From Alphaproteobacteria bacterium (GTDB lineage Bacteria; Pseudomonadota; Alphaproteobacteria; SMXP01): a DNA stretch of 64,000 nt. The DNA lies in contig OZ243948.1 in NCBI GenBank assembly GCA_965214255.1, forward strand, positions 1,974,803 to 2,038,802, written 5' to 3'. Both the position numbers and the translations under genes were made by a program. The notes under the pieces were generated by a model that worked only from the letters and a program-made list of their open reading frames with translations, was not told the origin of the DNA and ran no database searches. Shown piece after piece: positions 20,867 through 28,520 of this stretch; position 1 is the stretch's first letter, and every line of letters starts with the position of its first letter.

Positions 20867-21090
20867 CCGGATCCCCGCATATTTCCGGGGTGCCGTCCAT
20901 GAGTCGAACGGATTCGGAGACGAGTGAGGGAAAGACCCCCCCCCGGCGTGACCGCTCCGTTTTTCCGCCGCCCGGTCTTGCCCGTTCGGGCAGGACATAG
21001 TACCAGACATGGTACCGGACATGGCGGCGTCATCGCGGCGTCTTCCTCCGGGAGACATCCGCGCTTGCGCGAAAGTCATAAAGATAAGTC
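20867..21090 (+). promoter_or_regulatory. Junction cassette copy 1 (head remnant, C9 at 20936-20944, dyad TGCCCG-tt-CGGGCA at 20979-20992, 12-mer direct repeats at 20993-21024)
   Basis: It aligns by eye with 23740-23936, 28290-28520 and 30723-30935. It has 2.5 units of RGACATRGTACC. Its function is unknown. Confidence 0.4.
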
Positions 21091-23739
21091 ATGGAGATCA
21101 TGGACAACGGTCGCGACGCGCCGAAGGCGATGGAGGAAGCGCCCGTCGAGGCGCGCGGCATGAGAGACTTGTCGCAGCGCCCAGCCCGCGCGTTCATGCG
21201 CCATTGGCTGGCGAGTCCGACCGTCGCCGTTCTCGCTCTCGGCCTGGGCCTGACCTTCGCGGGGCTGTCCGACCTGGCGTCGAGCATGGGGCTCGACATG
21301 TGGCTCGCCGGGGCGGGGTTGGCTCTCGTCGGTCTGGTCATCTTCAAGGAGAGCGCCGTTTGGCGCTGGATGCGCGAGCGGGACCTGGAGATCGAGCGCG
21401 AGCGCGCGTCGCGGGAATTGAGAGAAGCGCTGGCGGCGGAACGCGACCGTGCGAGGCGGGCGTTGGGGCAAGCTCTGGCGGAGGAACGCGCCCGCGCGGA
21501 GCAAGGGTTGACGAGGACATCCGGCCAACCCGCAATCACCGTCGGCGTCGCCTGTTACAACGTCGCGCCCTATCTCGAACGATGTATCGGCTCGCTGCTC
21601 GACCAGACCTTCGACGACTTCGAGATCGTCGCCGTCGACGACGGGTCGGCGGACGACACCGCCTCGATCCTCGACGGGTTGGAACGCGCAAGCGGCAAGG
21701 TCCGCGTGCTTCGCCAGGAAAACAGGGGTCTGGGCGCCGCCAGGAACCGTATTCTCGAACAGGCCCGGGGCGAATATATCACCTTCGTGGACGGCGACGA
21801 CTGGCTGGCGCCCCACTGTCTCGAAGCGGTCCATGACCGCGCCGTTCGCGACGATCTGGACATCCTGTGTTTCGGCTGGGTTCTTGTCGACCATGACGGC
21901 GGCGGCAAGATCGCGCGCCGGTCGGATTACAAGAAACTCCGCTTCGACCGCCCCGACGAGATGCGGCAGAACGCCTTTGCCGGGCGGATCAAAGCGATAG
22001 GGTGCGCCTCGCTGGTCCGCACCGCCCTGTTCCACGACCACGGCCTGCGCTATCCGGCCTGTCTGCATGAAGACATGTACGTGACGCCTTTTCTGTATTT
22101 CTACGCCCAGCGGCACGGACGCCTGGACGACGATTTGTATTTCTGGCACAAGAGACCGGATTCGATCACCCAACGAGCGGTCGGCAAGGACCATATCGAC
22201 GGCATGGTCGGGGCGCTCCATTCATGGAAGGGCCGGTTATGGGCCGAGGGCAAGTTCGACGATTTCCGCGCCTCGTTCGTTGCCGGCCTCTTTGCCTACA
22301 TGTCCTACTTCCTCGCACGCATCGAGCGTTCGGACGGCGACCGCGACGCCCTGGTCGCGTATTTGAGGGACGAAGCGGCGGCGTTCCCGGAGTTGAGGAA
22401 ATACAAGCACTATCTTTCCCCCGAGGAAATCCGATATTACGCGAAGGCGATAGAGACCCTGGTGGACAACCGCCGGCCCGCCGCCGCCCGAAAACTGTCT
22501 CTGTTATATCTGCCGGGGTTTCATGAGGTCGAGAAGCTGGAAGACCAGTACGCCCGCATGCTCTGGTACGTTTCTCCCATGTTGGAGGACGTGGGGACGA
22601 TTTCTCTGGCGACGGGGTTCGCCCCTCCCGCCGCGTTGGCGCTCCCGGACTATGCCGACCCCGCCGTCGCCGACCTGAAAGACGGCTTCGAGGGTCTCAT
22701 CGATTATTTCGACGCGGACGACCTCGACGCCTGGCGTCGGCGTCTGGATGCGGCGGACATCGTCCTCCACTGGGATACGGCCTCGCCCTTTTCCCGAAGA
22801 GAGGACATCAAGTCCGCGCTTGCTGCCAAGAAAGTCTACCAGGTCGACCCGGTAAACTGGTTGTGGGCCGGAGACCTCTACCTTTTTCTCTCCCATGACC
22901 ACAACGGCGCCGCCCGCCAAGACCTGGCGGCGTCCCGGGACAAGTTCGCGGGGATGCTCGACGACATCGGCCGCCATGACAAGGCGTACGTGTTCGGCAC
23001 CGGCCCGTCTCTGGGTCGGGTCATGGACATGGACCTGTCCGACGGCGTGGCCATCGCCTGCAACAGCATGGTCAGGAACCGCCCTCTTATGAAACACCTG
23101 CGCCCGAAAATCATCGTCGCGGCCGACCCCATATTCCATGCGGGGTTTTCCCGCTACGCCGGCGTCTTCCGGCGGCATCTGTGCGAGGCGCTGGACGACC
23201 ACGGCTGTTATCTGGTGGTGTTGTCCCGCGACTACCGGCTCTACATGCGCCATCTCCCCGCCCGGTTCCGGGACCGGCTCATCGGCATCCCGTCCCGCAA
23301 GAGCGAAACCCCGAGCCTGTGTCTCTCCGACGATTTCACCGCCTCCACCACGCGGAACGTCCTGACGTTTTTGATGCTCCCGCTGGCGTGCACCCTGGCC
23401 GGGGAGGTGAACATCGCCGGCTGCGACGGGCGAAAGCTTGAAGACGACCGATATTTCTGGGACCACCACCGGGAGTCGCAGATCAACGACGAGATGGACT
23501 CCATCAAAAAAGCGCACCCGTCCTTTTTCGACAAGGTCGACTACAACGATTACTATCGCGAGCATGTCGCGGTGCTCGAAAAGTGGCTGACCGCGGGAGA
23601 GGAAACAGGCAAAGTGTTCCGCAACCTCACGCCGTCGCATATTCCCTGTCTCGAAAGCAGGTCGAAGCCGCATTCGCTCGTATCGCGGGCGCTCGCGCGT
23701 CTTGGCGCTCGCGCCGCGTCGGCGAGGGGCGGACGATGA
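21091..23739 (+). CDS. Membrane hairpin - 51-aa stalk - GT2 - DUF115 fusion protein
   Basis: 882 aa (MEIMDNG...). It has the same TM hairpin, a short stalk (aa 95-145) and a GT2 core (VAVDDGSADDT, FVDGDDW). From ~aa 467 (AARKLSLLYLPGFHEVEKLEDQY) it carries a DUF115 module near-identical to 17641-18888. Confidence 0.85.
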   Translation: MEIMDNGRDAPKAMEEAPVEARGMRDLSQRPARAFMRHWLASPTVAVLALGLGLTFAGLSDLASSMGLDMWLAGAGLALVGLVIFKESAVWRWMRERDLEIERERASRELREALAAERDRARRALGQALAEERARAEQGLTRTSGQPAITVGVACYNVAPYLERCIGSLLDQTFDDFEIVAVDDGSADDTASILDGLERASGKVRVLRQENRGLGAARNRILEQARGEYITFVDGDDWLAPHCLEAVHDRAVRDDLDILCFGWVLVDHDGGGKIARRSDYKKLRFDRPDEMRQNAFAGRIKAIGCASLVRTALFHDHGLRYPACLHEDMYVTPFLYFYAQRHGRLDDDLYFWHKRPDSITQRAVGKDHIDGMVGALHSWKGRLWAEGKFDDFRASFVAGLFAYMSYFLARIERSDGDRDALVAYLRDEAAAFPELRKYKHYLSPEEIRYYAKAIETLVDNRRPAAARKLSLLYLPGFHEVEKLEDQYARMLWYVSPMLEDVGTISLATGFAPPAALALPDYADPAVADLKDGFEGLIDYFDADDLDAWRRRLDAADIVLHWDTASPFSRREDIKSALAAKKVYQVDPVNWLWAGDLYLFLSHDHNGAARQDLAASRDKFAGMLDDIGRHDKAYVFGTGPSLGRVMDMDLSDGVAIACNSMVRNRPLMKHLRPKIIVAADPIFHAGFSRYAGVFRRHLCEALDDHGCYLVVLSRDYRLYMRHLPARFRDRLIGIPSRKSETPSLCLSDDFTASTTRNVLTFLMLPLACTLAGEVNIAGCDGRKLEDDRYFWDHHRESQINDEMDSIKKAHPSFFDKVDYNDYYREHVAVLEKWLTAGEETGKVFRNLTPSHIPCLESRSKPHSLVSRALARLGARAASARGGR

Positions 23740-23936
23740 CCGAACGACGGCCTCCGAGACCCCCCCCCCGCGCCGCGCCCGCAGGCGCTCCCCCGCTCGG
23801 CCTTGAGCGCTTTCGGGGTTTCCGCTCCGTTTTCCCGCCGCCCGGTCTTGCCTGTGCGGGCGGGACATGGTACCGGACACGGTGCTGGACAGGGGGCGTC
23901 GTCGCGGCGTCTTTCCATTGGGCGGGGTCAAGGGTC
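23740..23936 (+). promoter_or_regulatory. Junction cassette copy 2 (C10 at 23760-23769, dyad TGCCTG-tg-CGGGCG at 23849-23862)
   Basis: It is homologous to the other cassette copies and ends in caagggtcATG, the start of the next ORF. Confidence 0.4.
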
Positions 23937-26900
23937 ATGAACCGAACAGGTGCGGCGATGAGCGAGGGAAAGACCGGTCCGCGCGCCCGCGCGGCTCGGG
24001 CGATGAGCGAAACGTCCGGTCGACCCGCGATCACCGTCGGCGTTCCCTGTTACAACGTCGCCCCCTATCTCGAACGATGTCTCGGCTCGCTGCTCGACCA
24101 GACCTTCGAAGACTTCGAGATCGTCGTCGTCAACGACGGGTCGACGGACGACACCGCCTTGATCCTCGACGAGTTTGCGCGGACAAGCGGCAGGATGCGC
24201 GTGCTTCACCAGGACAACAGGGGTCTGGGCCCCGCCAGGAACCGCGTTCTCGAAGCGGCCCGGGGCGAGTATGTCACCTTCGTGGACGGCGACGACTGGC
24301 TGGCGCCGCACTGTCTCGAAGCGGCCCATGACCGCGCCGCTCGCGACGATCTGGACATCCTGTGTTTCGGCTGGGTTCTTGTCGACCATGACGGCGCCCG
24401 AGCGGTTGGGAAGCGCCACGATCATTTGAAATTCCGTTTCGACCGCCCCGACGAACTGCGGCGGCATGCCTTTACCGGGCTGCTCAACCTGATGTCTTGC
24501 GCCTCGCTGGTCCGCACCGCCCTGTTCCATGACCACGGCCTGCGCTATCCGCCCTGTTGGCATGAAGACCTGTACGTGACGCCCTTTCTGCATTTGTACG
24601 CGCAGCGGCACGGATATCTGGACGACGGGTTGTATTTCTGGCGCAAGAGATCGGAGTCGATCACCCAACGAGCGGTCGGCAAGGACCATATCGACGGCAT
24701 GATCGGGGCGTTCCATTCATGGAAAGGCCGGTTATGGGCCGAGGGCCGGTTCGACGACTTTCGCGCCTCGTTCGTTGTCGGCGTCTTTGCCTACATGCTC
24801 CAATTGCTCCGGCGCATCGAGGCCTCGGACGTCGACCGCGGCGCCCTGGTGGCGCATTTGAGGGACGAAGCGGCGGCGTTCCCGGAGTTGAGGACATACA
24901 AGCACTATCTTTCCCACGGGGAACTCCGACATTACGCGAAGGTCATAGAGACCATGGTGGACAACCGCCGGGATGCGGCGGCGCCGAAGACGACGAAGCG
25001 GGCGCCGTCCCCCGTCAAGGAGACGGGCGGGTTGAAAGACTTGCTGCGCTGGCCCGTCCGCCCGTTCGCGCGGACATGGCTGACGAGTCCGACCGTCGCC
25101 GTTCTCGCTCTCGGCCTGGGCCTGACCTTCGCGGGGCTGTCCGGCTTGGCGTCGAGCATGTGGCTCGACATGGGTCTCGACATGGGTCTCGACATGTGGC
25201 TCACCGGGGCGGGGTTGGCTCTCGTCGGTCTGGTCATCGTCAAGGAGGGCCTCCTTTGGCGCTGGATGGACAGACGGTTGCTATCGGAAGAGCGCGAGCG
25301 TGCGGCCAAGGCGCTGGCGGACGAGCGCGACCGCGCGGGACAAGCGCTGGCCGAGGAACGCGCACGCTTGGATCGGGCGTTGGACCAAGGGTTGGCGGCG
25401 GAACGCGCCCGTGCGGGGCGGGAGTTGACGAAGACGCTGGCCGAGGAACGCGCACGCGCAGCCAAGGCGCTTGCGGACGAGCGCGCCCGTGCGGAGCAGG
25501 AGTTGACGAAGGCGTTGGGGCAAGCTCTGTCGGAGGAACGCGCCCGCGCGGACCGGGCGTTGACGGAGTCCTTGGCGGCGGAGCGCGAGCATGCGGCCAA
25601 GGCGCTTGCGGACGAGCGCAGCCGCACGGCGCAGGAGTTGACGAAGACGTTGGCCCAAGCTCTGTCGGAGGAACGCGCCCGTGCGGAGCAGGAGTTGACG
25701 AAGGCGTTGGGGCAAGCTCTGTCGGAGGAACGCGCCCGCGCGGACCGGGCGTTGACGGAGTCCTTGGCGGCGGAGCGCGAGCATGCGGCCAAGGCGCTTG
25801 CGGACGAGCGCGCCCGCGCGGCGCAGGAGTTGACGGAGTCGCTGGCGGCGGAGCGCGAACATGCGGCCAAGGCGCTGGCGGACGAGCACGCCCGCGCGGA
25901 GCAGGAGTTGGCGAAGACGTTGGCGCAAGCGCTGGCCGAGGAACGCGCACGCGCGGATCGGGAATTGAAAAAAGCGGTTGCCGCGGAGCGCGAGCATGCG
26001 GCCAAAGCGCTGGCCGAGGAACGCGACCGTGCGGGGCAGGAGTTGACGAAGACGTTGGCGCAAGCTCTGTCGGAGGAACGCGCACGCGCGGATCGGGCGT
26101 TAACGGAGGGGTTGGCGACGGAACGCGGCCGCGCGAGGCGGGAGTTGACCAAGGCGCTGGCGGCGGAGCGCCGCGCCGCGGGGCGGGCGTCGACGGAGGC
26201 GCCCGGCCAACCCGCAATCACCGTCGGCGTTCCCTGTTACAACGTCGCGCCCTATCTCGAACGATGTATCAGGTCGCTGCTCGAGCAGACCTTCGACGAC
26301 TTCGAGATCGTCGCCGTCGACGACGGGTCGACGGACGACACCGGGTCGCTGCTCGACGAGTTGGCGCGCGAAAGCGTCAGGATGCGCGTGCTTCACCAGG
26401 ACAACAGAGGTCTGGGCCCCGCCAGGAACCGTATTCTCGAACAGGCCCGGGGCGAGTATGTCACCTTCGTGGACGCCGACGACTGGCTGGCGCCCCACTG
26501 TCTCGAGACGGTCCATGACCGCGCCGTTCGCGACGATCTGGACATCCTGTGTTTCGGCTTCGTTCGAGTCGACAGTGACAGCGGCCGGGAAATCGCGCGC
26601 CGACAGGATTATAAGGGTCTCCGCTTCGACCGCCCCGGCGAGATACGGCAGCATGCCTTTGCCGGGCGGATCAACCTGATGTCTTGCGCCTCGCTGGTCC
26701 GCGCCGCCCTGTTTCACGACCACGGCCTGCGCTATCCGGCTTGTCTGCATGAAGACTTGTACGTGACGCCCTTTCTGCATCTGTACGCGGAGCGCCACGG
26801 ATATCTGGACGGCGAGTTGTATTTTTGGCTTGAAAGACCGGATTCGATCACCCGACGAGCGGTCGGCAGGGACCATATCGACGGCATGATCGGGGCGTTC

Positions 26901-28289
26901 CATGAATGGGAAACCCGCCTGTCGAGAGAAGGTCGGCTCGACGACTTTCGCGACGCGGTCGTTGCCGCCCTTTTTCGTTACATTTCCCACTTGCTCCGGC
27001 GCATCGAGGCTTCGGATGTCGACCGCGCCGCCCTGGCCGCGTATTTGAGGGACGAAGCGGCGGCGTTCCCGGAGTTGAGGGCATACAAGCACTATCTTTC
27101 CCCTGAGGAAATCCAAGATTACGCGAAGGCGATAGAGATTATAGACAACGGTCACGACGCGGCCGCCGAAATGGGAAACGGCCTCGATACGGCCCCCGCC
27201 GCGGAGCAAGGGTTGACGAGGACGTCCGGCCAACCCGCGATCACCGTCGGCGTCGCCTGTTACAACGCCGCACCCTATCTCGAACGATGTATCGGGTCGC
27301 TGCTCGAGCAGACCTTCGACAATTTCGAGATCGTCGCCGTCGACGACGGCTCGACGGACCGCACCGGGTCGATACTGGACGAGTTTGCGCGGACAAGCGC
27401 CAAGGTCCGCGTGTTTCACCAGGAGGACAACGAGGGGCCGGGCCCCGCCAGGAACCTCATTCTCGAACAGGCCCGGGGCGAATATATCACCTTCGTGGAC
27501 GCCGACGACTGGCTGGCGCCCCACTGTCTCGAGGCGGTCCATGACCGCGCCCTTCGCGACGATCTGGACATCCTGTGTTTCGGCTTCGTTCGAGTCGACC
27601 ATACCAGCGGCCGAGTGATCGAGCGCCGGTCGGATTATAAGGGTCTCCGCTTCGACCGCCCCGGCGAGATACGGCGGCATGCCTTTGCCGGGCGGCTCAA
27701 GCTGATGACGTGCGCCTCGCTGGTCCGCGCCGCCCTGTTCCACGACCACGGCCTGCGCTATCCGGCCTGTCTGCATGAAGACATGTACGTGACGCCTTTT
27801 CTGCATCTGTACGCGGAGCGCCACGGATATCTGGACGGCGAGTTGTATTTTTGGCGCAGGAGACTGGAGTCGATCTCCCAACGAGCGCTCGGCAAGGACC
27901 ATATCGACGGCACGATCGGCGCTTTCCATTCATGGAAGGGCCGCCTGTCGAGCGAAGGCCGGTTCGACGACTTTCGCGCCTCGTTCGTTAGCGGCCTTTT
28001 TCTTTACATGTTCCACTTGCTCCGGCGCATCGAGCGTTCGGACATCGACCGCGAAGCCCTGGTCGCGTATTTGAGGGACGAAGCGCGGGCGTTCCCGGAG
28101 TTGAGGGCATACAAGCACTATCTTTCCCCCGAGGAAATCCAAGATTACGCGAAGGCGATAGAGATTATAGACAACGGTCACGACGCGGCCGCCGAAACGG
28201 GAAACGGCCTCGATACGGCCCCCGCCGCGCTGCCGCATCGTTCGGACTTGCCCGTCCGGAAAAAACGCAGGGCCCGAAGGTCCGCCTGA
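23937..28289 (+). CDS. GT2 - membrane hairpin - 313-aa stalk - GT2 - GT2 triple-glycosyltransferase fusion
   Basis: ~1450 aa from the ATG at 23937 (MNRTGAAMSEGK). The track ORF starts at 23583 inside the cassette. The three GT2 cores carry VVVNDGSTDDT/FVDGDDW, VAVDDGSTDDT/FVDADDW and VAVDDGSTDRT/FVDADDW. The TM hairpin is at ~25080-25250 and the stalk spans aa 445-757. Confidence 0.8.
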   Translation: MNRTGAAMSEGKTGPRARAARAMSETSGRPAITVGVPCYNVAPYLERCLGSLLDQTFEDFEIVVVNDGSTDDTALILDEFARTSGRMRVLHQDNRGLGPARNRVLEAARGEYVTFVDGDDWLAPHCLEAAHDRAARDDLDILCFGWVLVDHDGARAVGKRHDHLKFRFDRPDELRRHAFTGLLNLMSCASLVRTALFHDHGLRYPPCWHEDLYVTPFLHLYAQRHGYLDDGLYFWRKRSESITQRAVGKDHIDGMIGAFHSWKGRLWAEGRFDDFRASFVVGVFAYMLQLLRRIEASDVDRGALVAHLRDEAAAFPELRTYKHYLSHGELRHYAKVIETMVDNRRDAAAPKTTKRAPSPVKETGGLKDLLRWPVRPFARTWLTSPTVAVLALGLGLTFAGLSGLASSMWLDMGLDMGLDMWLTGAGLALVGLVIVKEGLLWRWMDRRLLSEERERAAKALADERDRAGQALAEERARLDRALDQGLAAERARAGRELTKTLAEERARAAKALADERARAEQELTKALGQALSEERARADRALTESLAAEREHAAKALADERSRTAQELTKTLAQALSEERARAEQELTKALGQALSEERARADRALTESLAAEREHAAKALADERARAAQELTESLAAEREHAAKALADEHARAEQELAKTLAQALAEERARADRELKKAVAAEREHAAKALAEERDRAGQELTKTLAQALSEERARADRALTEGLATERGRARRELTKALAAERRAAGRASTEAPGQPAITVGVPCYNVAPYLERCIRSLLEQTFDDFEIVAVDDGSTDDTGSLLDELARESVRMRVLHQDNRGLGPARNRILEQARGEYVTFVDADDWLAPHCLETVHDRAVRDDLDILCFGFVRVDSDSGREIARRQDYKGLRFDRPGEIRQHAFAGRINLMSCASLVRAALFHDHGLRYPACLHEDLYVTPFLHLYAERHGYLDGELYFWLERPDSITRRAVGRDHIDGMIGAFHEWETRLSREGRLDDFRDAVVAALFRYISHLLRRIEASDVDRAALAAYLRDEAAAFPELRAYKHYLSPEEIQDYAKAIEIIDNGHDAAAEMGNGLDTAPAAEQGLTRTSGQPAITVGVACYNAAPYLERCIGSLLEQTFDNFEIVAVDDGSTDRTGSILDEFARTSAKVRVFHQEDNEGPGPARNLILEQARGEYITFVDADDWLAPHCLEAVHDRALRDDLDILCFGFVRVDHTSGRVIERRSDYKGLRFDRPGEIRRHAFAGRLKLMTCASLVRAALFHDHGLRYPACLHEDMYVTPFLHLYAERHGYLDGELYFWRRRLESISQRALGKDHIDGTIGAFHSWKGRLSSEGRFDDFRASFVSGLFLYMFHLLRRIERSDIDREALVAYLRDEARAFPELRAYKHYLSPEEIQDYAKAIEIIDNGHDAAAETGNGLDTAPAALPHRSDLPVRKKRRARRSA
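25158..25205 (+). repeat. 12-bp in-frame microrepeat ATG-KGB-CTC-GAC, 4 units ([WG]LDM) in the inter-helix loop
   Basis: The DNA reads atgtggctcgac atgggtctcgac atgggtctcgac atgtggctcacc. Paralogous loops have 2 units (19109-19132, 21286-21309 and 28731-28754) or 3 units (34098-34133). Confidence 0.9.
25269..26207 (+). repeat. Stalk-coding repeat region, with a 192-bp tandem duplication
   Basis: Positions 25489-25619 are identical to 25681-25811 (131 nt by my alignment). The offset is 192 bp, or 64 aa (19+15+11+19). Confidence 0.9.
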
Positions 28290-28520
28290 CCGCGGCGGCT
28301 TCTTGAACTTGCAGGCAGGGTTATGAACCGAACGAATACGGCGATGAGCGAAGGAAAGACCGGCCCCGGTCGCCCCCCCCCGCGCGGCCCGCTCTTGCCC
28401 GCGCGGGCGGGACATAGTACCAGACATAATACCGGACACGGCGCCGGCAGGGGGCGTCGTCGCGGCGTCTTCCTCCGGGAGACATCCGCGCCGATGCGAA
28501 AGTCATAATGAGATAAAGTC
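28290..28520 (+). promoter_or_regulatory. Junction cassette copy 3 (MNRT-head remnant at 28323, C9 at 28373-28381, dyad TGCCCG-cg-CGGGCG at 28396-28409)
   Basis: It is homologous to the other copies. It contains the 61-aa track ORF 28323-28508, whose first 15 aa mimic the N-termini of the 23937 and 30936 ORFs. Confidence 0.4.

Noticed and set aside
28323-28508. 61-aa ORF (MNRTNTAMSEGKTGPGRPPPRG...) inside junction cassette 3 as a real small gene.
   Set aside because: Its first 15 residues are a remnant of the GT2 N-terminus. The rest is a translation of the poly-C/dyad cassette. Equivalent positions in other cassettes are not open in the same frame. A role as an upstream ORF cannot be excluded.
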